A stretch of DNA of 64,000 bases. It comes from Geosiphon pyriformis uo1. Its lineage: Eukaryota > Fungi > Glomeromycota. The position numbers were made by a program, and so were the translations under genes. The stretch lies in the NCBI GenBank assembly GCA_016748015.1, contig JAAOMT010000494.1, positions 426,190 to 490,189 on the forward strand, in the 5' to 3' direction. The stretch's first letter is position 1. Every line of letters begins with the position of its first letter. The notes below the pieces were generated by a model. It was not told the origin of the DNA. It ran no database searches and worked only from the letters and a program-made list of their open reading frames with translations. Below are positions 9,901 through 22,600 of this stretch, one piece after another.

Positions 9901-12887
9901 AACTACTATTGGTGCTTCACTTGTGGCGAACAGTTGCTCGACGAAGGAATGTGAAACAACATTCCTGGTCAAGGAGAAATGTGTGACACTTCATGCCAGT
10001 ACACAATCCTTATCAGTGACTGGGTAAGTTGTGGTATGCCAATAACTGCTGCTTGGCACTAAGCAATCTCTCGCCTGGACAGATATCCACACAATGAAGA
10101 CAAAATCTGGCAGATGGCGAACGCCAAAGTAGAAGGCACCACGCCCAGCAAAATCTTGGAAATCAAGAACAATCCTCCCAAACCAGTCAACATTATCCTA
10201 GTTCCCAACCCAAACGCTTTTTTTGACATTGAAACCAATCCAGAAGACTTCCATGAACATTATCAAAATTTAGCACTGACCAGAGAGGAACAGGAAGAGT
10301 GGTTAGCACAGTTAAACACTTGATTATGTGATTACTGTTTAATCTCATGTGACTTTCAATATTGTAATGAGTGTAACCTCATTTACAAACCACCAATCTG
10401 CATAATCTACATGATTCCAAAAGAAGAGGAACCAATCAGCAGCTGTACATCGGAATCAAAATTACCATTTGATCCTGATTCAAACTCTGACAATAATGAT
10501 GACAAAAATACTGGTTCCAGCTCCGTTCAAAATAGTGATAACAATGACAATGATTCAAACTCAGATGCAAATTCCAATTTAAAATATGAACAATATATCG
10601 CAATCTCTGATTTGACCAGAGAATTAAAACTAAAATGGTTCAGTGATAATAATGAAGATATCATGCCAGAACACATGCATAATACTAATGCCAGATTTGA
10701 TTTGAGATATCTAAGAAAAGATGTCATCAAATTGGAACCACATTCATGCATCTGTCTTAATTTAAAAATAGCACTGGAAATTCCAGCAACAACAATGGTT
10801 CAATTAGCATTTAGGAGTAGTTTAGCAAAAAGAGGGATTAATATAAGAGAAGGAATAATTGATGCAGAATATGTAGGAAATATCATTGCTATGCTACAAA
10901 ATAACTCAGAAAAGGCCTATATAATAGAGCCCAACAAAAAGATAGCACAGACAATATTTCTGCCTCTGATTAGAGTAGCTCAGTTAGTATCAGTAAGAAA
11001 GAGGGAGGAATTAGGAATAACAGTGAAAGGAATACAAGGATTCAGATCAACAGATAGAGTAAATGTACCAGTCAATATGGCAGAAGAAAAAATTGTTGAC
11101 CAAGAGGAAATTATCTCAACGGGTCAAACAATTTTCATTCCACTATATGGCCAGTATATGATAGGAATAAAGCGGGAGGTAAAAGAACAGAATCAGATTT
11201 TTGAAGCAGAACAACTCTTTGTGAATCAGGAGAGATTGGACTTGTTAATCTCCATATATCAGTCAAAGATTACAGCCACATCAAAATTCTCATCTACAAT
11301 AACACAGGAAATGTCATAGTAATATTAGCTGGAATCACCATTGGATATTTAAGCACTGAAATAGAGGATCAACTACCAAGCACTATTCTGGACTTTCCAC
11401 AGTTTTGTGGATATGTTGATATTACATCACAAACAATATACAGACAAAGCAAATGTTATTTGCTTTAATCAGAACAATTGGAATAAATAAACATGGGAAA
11501 CTTAGATTCACTCCAATGTATGCAGCTCAAAATGTTGCTCAACAATTTCAATGACATCTTTGCCAGTGAAAACGAGTTTGGCTAAACTGACATTATCCAG
11601 CATCAGATTAAGACTGGAGATACAATGCCAATTAAACAAAGAACATACAGAGTACCACCAGCTAACCACGAGATCATTTGTCAGAAGATAAACCAAATGC
11701 TTAACAATGGGCTAATTCAGCCATTAATAAGCCCATGGTCATCACCAGTAATACTCGTCTGGAAAAAAAATGGGAAAATCCACTTTTGTGTGGATTATAG
11801 GAAACTCAATGGAGTAACTCATAGAGATAGCTACCCCATTCTATGGATTCAAGAATTATTCAATGCTTTTGGTAGAAACAAATAGTTTTTAACATTAGAT
11901 CTAAACAGTGGTTACTGGCAAGTAGCCATGAATTCAGCCAACAAAAAAAAGATGGCATTCACCACCAGAGAAAGGAATTTTGAATTTAAAGTAATGCCAT
12001 TCAGCTTAACCAATGCACCAACAACTTTCCAATGGCTAATGGAAATTGTTTATACTGGCTTATTGTGGAAATCAGTAGTTGTATACTTGGACAACACCAA
12101 TGTATTCTCAAAAACATTTGATGATCATCTTCATTATTTTCAACAAGTGTTCAAAAGACTAAAAAGAACAGGACTAAAGTTAAATACAACCAAGTGTTTT
12201 TTTAGCAAGACGGAACTAAAATTTTTGGGACACATAGTCAGCAAAGACAGCATCAAAATGGATCTGGAAAAAATAGAGATAGTAAAGAACTTTCCAGTAC
12301 TGACCAATATGACAGAACTGAAATCATTCTTGGAATTCACCAACTACTATTGATGTTTTATCAAGAACTTTTCCAAGATAGCACAGCCATTCAACCAACT
12401 ACAAACCAAGAATACAAAATATGAATAGATAGAAAGTTAACAAGAAGCTTTTGATATTCTAAAAAGAAAGCTTATTCAAGCTCCAGTACTGATTTATTCA
12501 GATCACAGCAAACCATTCATCATCACCATCAATACATCTGGCCAAGCATTGGGAGTGGTACTATCTCAGAGAGGACCAGATGGCAGAGAACATCCAGTAG
12601 CATATGCCAGCAGAGATTTAACACCAGCCAAAAAGAACTATGGAATACTAGAACAAGAACACTTAGCAATATACTGAGCAATCATGAAATGGAAAGAATA
12701 CTTTAGCCAGAAGTTTGAAGTATACACAGATCACAAAGAATTAACATCACTTCAAAAACAAGAATTTGGAAATGGAAGACAGTCAAGATAGAAAATGGCA
12801 CTTGCACCATATAATTATACTATACATTATAAAAAGGGAAAAGACAATGGAAATGCTGACAGTTTGTCGCAAATGAGACAAATCTAA
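6952..12887 (+). pseudogene. gag-pol of A2 without integrase: N-terminal domain, capsid, CCHC knuckle, aspartic protease, Cys-rich domain, dUTPase, RT, RNase H
   Basis: QGETEAVTTY; CHNCGKQEHIRANC (~8706-8747); LILDNKSAGSII (decayed DSG); SPWSSPV, FCVDYRKLN, MPFSLTNAP, VYLDNT; ends NADSLSQMRQI* at 12885-12887. Stops and a few frameshifts. Confidence 0.92.
10630..11052 (+). other. Trimeric dUTPase domain within A2 pol (decayed)
   Basis: NARFDL, RSSLAKRG, GIIDAEYVGNI, KIAQTIF and QGFRST correspond to dUTPase motifs 1-5. Confidence 0.9.
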
Positions 12888-12949
12888 GAACATTTCAGCC
12901 CAAAAATATAACAAAACCAGAACAATACCAATGAAAAATATAACAAAAG

Positions 12950-14332
12950 ATAAACATACAAAAATATCAACAACTACAACATTATATAAACACTCAACAG
13001 TTCAAGGAGAATTTATCTTAAATGGAATGAAAGAGTATCAAACAACAATCAAAATATTTTATCACTCACCAAAATATACTTTATCGGAAAAATAGAAGAG
13101 ATCTAGAGCAACCAATTAGAGTAATTACAGAGCCAAAAAAAGAGACAATATTATTCAACATGCATTCAAATCCAACAGCAGAACACTTTCACAAAGAAGC
13201 AACCATGGAAAGAACCAAAAAAAGATACTATTGGCCATCAATGTATCCAGACATCATCCAATATGTTCAAAATTGTGATGCTTGTCAATGAAAAGGAGAT
13301 ACAAAACCCAGTGAACTATTAAGACCAATCAAAATGAGACAACCATTCGACCATATTGGAATTGATTTAGTCGGACCATTAACAATCACCAGCGGAGAAA
13401 ACAGGTATATAGCAGTAGCCATAGACTATTTTACTAAATTGCCAGAGGCAAAAGCAATTCAAAAAGCAGATGCAGAATCCATTGCTGAATTCATTCATCA
13501 AGATTTAATTTGTTGACACGGATGTCCAAAGAAATTATTATCAGACCAAGAAACTCATTTTGTGAACAGAACATTAACAGAATTGAGCCAAAGATTCGGA
13601 ATTAAAAGACCACTATCATCATTATACCATCCACAAACCAATGGATTAGTAGAAAGATTCAATAGAACACTGTGTAAAGCAATAGCTAAGCTTAGCCAAG
13701 AAAACCAGAACGATTGGGATTTGTTCATACCATCAGTACTATTTGCTTATCAGACAATAAAACAAGATACTATACAAGCAACACCATTTGAATTAGTATA
13801 CAGGAGAACAACAACGTTATCAATAGAGAGAGAAATTAAGACATATCCAGCTGAACCAATAACAGAAGAAAATTTTCAAGAAATATTGCTGAGAAGAACA
13901 TATGACTTAATGGAAACATTGGAAAACAAATGAAGAAGAGCAGCTGATAATATTCAAAAGTCACAAGAAAAACAGAAAGAAAGACACGATAATCAACTAC
14001 CAGACAAACCAGTTGAATTCAAGATTGGAGACAAAGTATTACTACATTGTACCAAAATAGAAAAACAATGGAATAGAAAATTTGACCCCAAATAAGACGG
14101 ACCATTTCACATAGAAGAAATTCTAGGAAATGGAGCTTACAAATTAAGATTGAATAACAAAATTTTGACCAAAGCAGCACATGGAGATTAACTAAAACCA
14201 TACCACCATATAGCATCATCATCTACCAGTAATATTCCACAATTAGGAGTACAGAGAATACTAGTCCAACCAGATGAGATTCTACAAGATCTGGAACCAA
14301 TCATTATTATTGACAACAACACATCCAATTGA
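12950..14332 (+). pseudogene. Integrase of A2, separate reading frame from RT-RH
   Basis: (ATA, probably ex-ATG) NIQKYQQLQHY..., MHSNPTAEHF, CDACQ, GIDLVGPL, YHPQTNGLVERFN; stop TGA 14330-14332. Confidence 0.9.
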
Positions 14333-14355
14333 TCAACAAAAGAATATATAAAAAC

Positions 14356-15016
14356 ATGGTCAACATGACAGAAGAGATCAGAAAAATAGAAATTATGGAC
14401 AATATTCATTTACTAGCCCAACAAATTTTTCAATTAATCCAACACCAGGAGATAGAAATTACAATTAATTAACAAACCATTCATTACAAAAATACGGCAA
14501 AGACACCACAAAACAAAACACAGAAAAAACTTGAAAATGTTGTTGACAAAATTATAACCAAGATAAAATTGGCCATAAAAGAACAACAAATAGTTAGATT
14601 ATACCAAAAACTTACCAGAAAAACTTGGACTTGGTAGACACAACAATTTCTAAAAAACTATTGTTATTTCTACTTGGGACAACATGTAAATATCCAGAAT
14701 TTGTACACCGACAAAACAAAACAGTTTATTTGACACAACAATATTGAGACAACTGGAACAATTTGTGGGAAAAAACAATCTAACCACACAAGCTTGAGCC
14801 ATTTACTGGCTATATATGGGATTTTAAGACCGACCAGAAATCTTACTTAATACAGCAATAGATACAGTTATGAATAATCAATTGGGAAAAATGACCAACA
14901 CCCAATTTGAAGAACTACAAACTAAAATAACACAAGTAATACTCGAAAAAGAAGTTCAAGAAATAATTCAAAAAGGGAAATTAAAGGAATTAGATTTTGA
15001 TGGAGCTCAATATTAA
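14356..15016 (+). pseudogene. ORF3 of A2
   Basis: MVNMTEEIRK...ELDFDGAQY*; one 1-bp insertion near 14726; homologous to 1405-2064. Confidence 0.8.
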
Positions 15017-15029
15017 AAAAAGGAAATAA

Positions 15030-15956
15030 TGTTACTCATAGAATATAGGAAATATAGTATTATTAGTCAGTAGATATTAGCCAATCAGATGTAGATGTAA
15101 TAAATGTGGAATTCCAAGATTCTCTTAGAGGAATTGCAGGATTTCAGAAATTTCAGAATTCTCTGACAAGGAATTGCAGAATTCCAGAATTCCAGGATTT
15201 TTCTCATCAGGAATTGCAGGATTCCAGGAATTCCAAGATTTCTGTTACAAGAAATTGAGAAATTAAGGAATCTCAAATATGTATATATAGCAGTAGCATT
15301 AGAAGCAGAAAAGACAGAATCAACACTAAGAATTCTTAGCTTAATTACCACAATTCTCAAATAAATAATTATTCACTATATCCAATTCATTCTTCACTAT
15401 CAACACTTTATGTTGATAGTAACTGATACTTAACTATACTGGAACAATAGCTCTTGATCATGGCTATTGATAGAATACTAACTTGCAAATCACCTTGGCT
15501 TATTTCTTATTTTCTCTTTTATTTTTCTTTATTTTCTTTGTTGTTTACTAACTTGATTAAAAGATTTATTCTTGGAGAACTTATGGAGGAATAAAACTTA
15601 CTTAAAAATACTTATTTTTGAAGAACTTACAGAGGAATAAACTTGCTTAAAACCATACTTACTCTTGAAGAACTTATGGAGGAACTAACGTCAAGAAACA
15701 GTACTGGTATACACTTATAGAGAATATTATACCAGAAAAATCATCAACCATTAAGCTAAACAAGCAATCGACAAAACTACAGTTTCAGGAAACTACTAAT
15801 AAACTGTTACTGTTGAATCTCTGTCTATTATACAAAAAACTCAATTGGAAAACCTTCAGATAAAATACCTTCAGATTATCATTGTCACTAATCACTTTGA
15901 GCACCAAGTTATGGGTTTGTTATTTGATTTGAGACTCCAAAAAATCACCTGTAACA
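15030..15956 (+). repeat. 3' LTR of A2
   Basis: TGTTACTC...CCTGTAACA, preceded by a purine tract and followed by TSD GCAG. Confidence 0.95.
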
Positions 15957-17120
15957 GCAGTTAGTGTTGGGTTGAGCATCAGCATATTGTTAACTTAATT
16001 CATGGGAAAATTTTAAGGGTTAACTGGCATAAAGTCAAAGGTCATTCTGGTGTAAAAGGGAATAAGCAGGCTGATGTGATTGCTAGTTCTGACTCTCTTT
16101 CTAGTTGGTTTCTTCCTTTTCGCTTAGATGAGCACTTTTTAGTGGCTGATGGTGTTGTGGTTTCTGGTAATTCTAGACATTTTGTCCAAGATGTTTTCCA
16201 CTCCATTAGTCATGCACGTTGGAAAATAGATTTGGGAGTTAAGTTTTTGGGAAGTGATTTGGCTTTTGAAATTGATTGGTTGCACTCCTCATTGGTGTGG
16301 CATCTGGATTTGCATATGGCCACTGGTTTTACCAGCAAAATCTTGGCTAATGTACGTACTTATTTTATGAAGGCTTTGCATCATTGACTGCCTGTGGCTG
16401 TTTGTAAGCGCCTTTATAATAGGTCTTATCCTAGTGTTTTATGCTTGTATTGCAGTAAAGTGAAGGTGTCAGATTATGTGTTTTTTTGTGGAGTCAATGA
16501 TTCTGCTTAGTATCAGTTATTAGATTCCCACGTGAAGTCTTGGAAGACACTTTCTGGATTGTCTCATTCTTCATCAAGTGTGTTGCATTTGTTGTTATCT
16601 TGTGTCTCTGATTCTTCAGTGTTGGCAGCTCTTCATAAAGGTTTTGTTTTTAATGATTGGTTTTGCGAGACTGTTCTTGTCTTCCATGACTCTAAGATGG
16701 CTGGTTCAAAGGTTGTCGAGTTTGCATGTTCTCTTGGTCTTGCTTTTAGGGATGATATTTGGTTGGTTTATGCAAAACATTGTGCATACATGAAAAAGAA
16801 CAGGTTGATTTCTCTAGATGGTTCAATTCCTATTTCATTGCCTGGTTTGTCTTCAAAGTTTTCTGCTAGTATGATTAATTTGCTGAGAATGGTTGAGGCT
16901 TTCAGTGTTAGCTTTGGTTATTGCAAGTGTTGCTTATTTTTTTCTGGTACTGGTGACTCAGTTTCTGTTTGTATAGTTGTGTAGTGTTGTTCTGACTGGC
17001 CCGAGTGGCTGGTCATGTGTAGAAAATACATGATTTACACTTACTTTAGATCATTTCTTTGATATATAGCAGTAGGTAGCGTTTGGACCTCACTCGTTAA
17101 TTAATAATAATAATAAAAAA
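15957..17120 (+). mobile_element. LINE copy 1, 3' segment (RNase H end, C-terminal zinc finger, 3' UTR, (TAA)n/polyA tail)
   Basis: WHKVKGHSGVKGNKQAD and CLYCSKVKVSDYVFFC; ORF2 stop at 16982-16984; tail TTAATAATAATAATAAAAAA. Confidence 0.92.
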
Positions 17121-17240
17121 TTATTTTATATTAAAAACTTAGCAATTAAATTACTTAATAAAGAATTGTGCAAAACCAAATCAAAACATTTCTTAAAATT
17201 TGTATTTTATTTTATTAAAATTATCTTTTAATATCATATA

Positions 17241-17905
17241 AGTGGTGATGTTAAGGTTTTAGACCATGTATTTTCTTGCCCATTTGATGCTACTGGTCGT
17301 GTTTGGTTGGTGGAAGTTCATGTGCCTGCTTGGAAGGCACACTTGGGCTTATTTTGCTCTTCTTTGTGTGTTTCACAGTTGTTTTCTACTTGCTTCTTTG
17401 ATGTTAGTATTAATACAGCTCTGTATAAAGGCTTCATTTTCAAGAAGTGGTATCATAAATCTGTTGCTGTTTTTAGAGACTCTAAGATAGCAGCTTGGAA
17501 TATTGTGGCCTTTGTGCATGAATTTTGTCTTGTATTTTGTGATGATGTTTGGCTAGTACATGCTAAGCACTAGACAGTTATGAAGAAAAGTGACATGATC
17601 CCGCATAATGATTCTGTTCCTGTTTCTGTCTTTGGTCTTTTTTTGGTGCTTTTGGCTGGTGTGATTAGATTTTTAGGTATTGTGGATGTGTTTGGTATTC
17701 ATTTTGGGTTTTGTAAATCTTGTTTATTCTTTTTTGGTTTAGGTGACATAGTTTCAGTGCATATAAGTGCCTAGTGTTGTCTTGACTAGCCTGAGTGGCT
17801 AGTCACATGTAGAAAATACATGATTCACACCTAGTTTAGATCATTTGTATGATATATTGTACTAGACAGTGTTTGGACCTCACTTGTTAAAAAAAAAATA
17901 ATAAT
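17241..17905 (+). mobile_element. 5'-truncated LINE fragment (ORF2 C-terminus, 3' UTR, polyA)
   Basis: Parallels 16450-17110 (ALYKGFIFKKWY, DDVWLVHAKH, SVHISA*); same 3' UTR; A-tract at ~17889. Confidence 0.88.
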
Positions 17906-19652
17906 AAATATTATATAAAAACTTAAATTAACTGTTTTAATAATATAAAAGTTTATTTATCTTAAAGACTTAATCAAACTGCACATCAGTAAAAGCTCTA
18001 GTATACAGACCCAAAATAGTCACAAAAAACTTATTGTTAAACAATAAGCAAATTAAAAAAAGATGACTTAAGATCTTAAAAATTTTATATATTGTTATGA
18101 GTGTTTTTTTTTTCTTTAGTGGTCATACTATAATTAATTTTTATGGCTTTTTAAATCAAGTGATAATATAGTAGATTATCTAATTTTGACACAGAGATTA
18201 ATATATTAGTCTTAATTAACATTATTTTTAATTTATGCTAAATTTTTATTTAATATATTACTATTATTCTCTTAAAGATTAACTTAATAAGTTTTCTAAA
18301 CTTCTTAGCAGATATTAAATAATTTTTTCTGGAAAATGTCTTTGTTATTGGATTTTAGTATATAGTATAATGTTTTTATCAAAATTACTATTAATAGCTG
18401 CTATTATACTAGTCTTCTAAAAAAAATTTTCTATTATATTTTTATATTTTCAATTGTGTTTTTTCTTAAAATTTCCACAAAGATACTCTTTTTATCTTGC
18501 ACTAATACCAAACATTTGTATTTTTTGCTTGTAGTAAAACAGTATTTTATTTCTAATAAATTCAAAAAAAATTAAAATAAAAAGTAAAATCAACAAAATT
18601 AGTATTTGTAAAATAATTTTAACTAGAGATTTTTTTTTCAAAGATATAGAAAGTTTGTTCCTGATTTTTAAGTTGACTGTTGATTTTGGCCAAGATATTA
18701 CAAGTATTTTCTAAGTAATTTTATGTATTTAATATTTTTTTAATGTGTTTTTAATTTTGTTAAGCTTGGATTTTATTTGTGCTTTTGTTAATATGTTAAA
18801 TATTTTCACTATTGTTTTTTTTCAACAGAAAGATAATAGTGAAAGAGAAAGTAATGGCCTTTTTGATCATTTGTAGAAGACTAAATTATAAAAGAAGAAG
18901 GTTTTTAATTTTATTGATCTCAGTATTAATAGATAACACAAAACTTAAAGAGCATATTGTTTAGCTTTTTTTAAGATTATAATCTAATTTTTCTATCTTT
19001 TTTTTGTTTTTATTTTGTTTAATTGACTTTTTGTTTTTTATTCTTAATATTAAAACTATATATTTGTCATAAAACAACTATATAATTATAAATATTTTTA
19101 TTTAAAAAAAATGCTTTGATAGCTTTAATTTTATTTTTATATATGTTGTCAAAATTAATTTTAGTTTTAAAATTAGTAAAATTCTTAAACATATTAGTTA
19201 AAAGAGTAATAAAGTTTTTAAAAATATTAATTATAGTAAACAAGTTTTTTTATTTTGTAATTTTTGTATATATTTTTAAATATAAAAAAGATGATTAAAA
19301 TAACCAAAAAATTAATAGATTTAACTATAAATTTAATTAAATTAGCCAAGCTTTTAATTTGAAATTTTAAAAATTTTAATCTAAAATTAAACTTGAAATT
19401 AGCAATAAAAATGGTTAAAAAAATAATATAAAAAAGAGCCAAAAAGCAAAAATTTTAATATAAAAACTTTTTACTAATTAAAAATAATACAAAAACTTAA
19501 AACTAATAAAAAACTTTTTTTTTTTATTAATGCAATTAACAAATGAAGTCCAACTGCTATCTAGTACATAAAACAAAATTAAGAGACTTAAACTAAATGC
19601 AGCTCATGCACTTTCTACATGTGACTAGCTACTTGGGCCAGACAAGACAACA

Positions 19653-22600
19653 TTACACACCTAAAAAAACATGTGGACTACCATCCAAACCAGAGAAAAG
19701 GAGACAAGACCTACGACGGCCAAAACTAACAGCAAAAAAGCTAATAATGCCAAGCATTCTTACTACCTTGTCAGACAACAAAGAGTTCATGTAATGAGAC
19801 AAGCCAGAAATCAATACGACATCACCAACCAAACCTGTTACCTCTATTTTCACCCTGTATGCAGACCTCACCAACCAGGTCTTTGAGCGATGCAACTCAA
19901 CAAAATGCTCAACAAAACCAACTACAACACTAACAGCCTTCTTTTTACTTTTAAGAACCTCCATAGCCTCCACACACCAATCCCTCAGCACAAACTCCTT
20001 ACATAGGACAGAATACAAGCCAATGTCCAAAAAACACTAATTAAGAGACCACAAAACAACAAAAGATAACAAGCTACAAGATCCAGCAAAGAACACCCAA
20101 TCAGCAGAAGCAGCCAAAATTTCCCTCCAAATCCCCACATTATGAGAACACATGAAAACATAATCTGACAACTCCACCTCATGACACAGCAAACACAGCA
20201 TACCAAGATAACATTTATCATACAGCCATTTTCTCACTGCTACAAGCATCTAATAGTGCACAGCCTTCATCAAATAGGTGCAAAGACAGAAAGACTTCTA
20301 ACTAGTAAAACCAGTAAGCATATGCAAATCAGAATGCCACACCCTAATAGTAGCTTCCTAATTAACAGTTTCAGTCAACATGGCAGGAATCATGTCTCAA
20401 CCAAGACCTGCCTCCCACCGAGCATGACAAATGGATCTAAACAAATCCCGAACAAAATAACAAGCATTGCCAGACACAGGTGTGTCCTCTGCAACCAAAA
20501 AGCACTCACTGACACCAACAGGCAAAGAAAATTGAGAAAGAGCAGTGTCCCCAATAGCAGCATCCATCCTAACATTGCCATGAACTTCAGAATGTCCCTT
20601 AACCTTGACCCAATGAACAAAAAAATCCTTGTCATGAACCAAATTAAAAATCCGGCACCTCTCCAACCAACATGAGAAGCAGAAATCAGGCACAGATAAT
20701 GACATTTCAGAAATGCATGCATTAATGGCCATCTGACTATCAGAATGCAATACAACAGAACAAAAAGAAGGAATGCACTCCAAAGCCAAAGTGATGGCCT
20801 GCAGTTCAGCCATAGTAGAAGACAACAGCCCAAGAACTCTAATGCCAACACTCAAATTAATTGCAGGAAAATAAGCAGCCACCCTACTGACAACATCAGC
20901 ACAACCATAATTCCTAACAGAATCATCCGTAAAAACTTCAAAAGAACCAGACCAAATCTCATGCAACTCATCTTGAACAACAGAAAACTCCTTGGTATTC
21001 AAAATGCTCAAACTAAAAAGACAAGCAGACTCCACAAAAACAGCCATAGAAGCGCCCCTACCACAAAGAAACTCAGACACCACCTTAAACCAGTGAGAAG
21101 CAGGATCCCTTGGATCCAGCCTTTTCCAGTGCCAAAAAGTCTCTTAACTCATAACATCCCCTTTTTTGTCAAACAGTCTATCACCAAAAGCCACACCAAA
21201 CCACTTCAACAAACGAACAGAATTAAAGAATAGAGAACCCTCCAGAATAGAAGACACAGGAAAGCGACCAGGACTATGGAATGCATTGGGCAAATTATTG
21301 GCCAGAGACAGCTTATTACACAGAAAAATCTTAACCACACCAGCCAGAAAATTATTTACAAGACTAATACACAATTTAACAGGAAACTGTAAAGGATTCA
21401 GAGGAGACCACCCCAGAACTTGCAAATCGAGAAATCTATACTCAAACAAATATTCAAGAACACCAAAAGAATTGGAAAATAAGATCAAGACAGCCAACTT
21501 TTCTTCGGACTGCATCTGCTCAAAAGATTTTAGACTGTATAAAAAGAGTTGACACAAAGTCTCAGTAAGGAAATCACGAGGCAAATCAGCTTTAGACTTA
21601 AGATCCTTTCTTAACATCACATCTTATTTGCAGCATACAGACAATGAAACAAAGCTGAACTGAGTGCAATAGCTGATAATAGACTGCAAGACGGCCAACA
21701 CCAAATACAAGAACTGCTTATTAGTAATAGCCTTTCTAAGAATCACATTAGTAAAAAAATAAACATCAGAATGTGCCTTGGCCAGACTTGGCTTTGAAAG
21801 CCCATCAATAGATAGAAAGATCTTTAGATAACAATAAGCCTCACTTTTTTTAGCGATTGAGATGGGAAGACCATTAATACACAAAAAAGCAACCCTAACA
21901 CCCTGATTGATCAGAATAGCCACAGTCTTTTCATTGTTGATAGAAATGTCATTAAGGGCAAAAAACTTATTTGCAATGTCCAAAATATTCTGAGTAGCAA
22001 TTTGACAGTTTCCAACCCATATTGTATTATTAACAAAAGCACCAGCTGCAAAATAAGAAGAGAACTCACTGCTGCTCTCAATACGGCCTGACCTTGAAAC
22101 AAACCTGGAATCTATTTGGTATCCAAAAAACTGTTTATGCCTTTTAATCTTACACAAAAGTGGGTCATAAAAAATTCTCCACAAGAGGGGTGAGAAAACT
22201 TCACCCTGATCCAACCCATCATGTACCACATAACTATTTGAAAGCCCAAAGTCTGTCATTACCCTGTTAACTCTATTCTCATGAATGTTACCAAAAAATG
22301 ACACAAATTTCTCACACATTTTGATACGCCGCAAGCTTGCCCTCAAGTAATGCCATCCAACTGAGTCATATGCTTTGCATATATCCTGCAAGACCAACCA
22401 AACCTCCCTGTTCTTTTCAAGGGCATCCTTGATCACAGACCCAATTGCAAACACCAGAGATTGTGTAAAAGTACTCTTAAGCACCGAGAAATTATCACCT
22501 TGAAGAACACCGAACCTGTTGCATACCAAAGAAATATGATCTGACAAAATCTTGGAGAGAATCTTCCTGGCCATCTCAATAAAAGCAATGGGTCAAGTGT

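Larger units (their letters stand above)
6015..15956 (+). mobile_element. Complete Ty3/Gypsy element A2 (~9.9 kb) with 4-bp TSD GCAG
   Basis: Two LTRs, PBS and PPT; gag-PR-dUTPase-RT-RH then IN. GCAG at 6011-6014 and 15957-15960. Removing the element and one GCAG restores the LINE frame (LDFCS*CWVEH). Confidence 0.97.

Noticed and set aside
16990-17035. Hammerhead ribozyme in the LINE 3' UTR (CTGA...GAAA)
   Set aside because: No CUGANGA core in the right stem context, and not conserved across copies.
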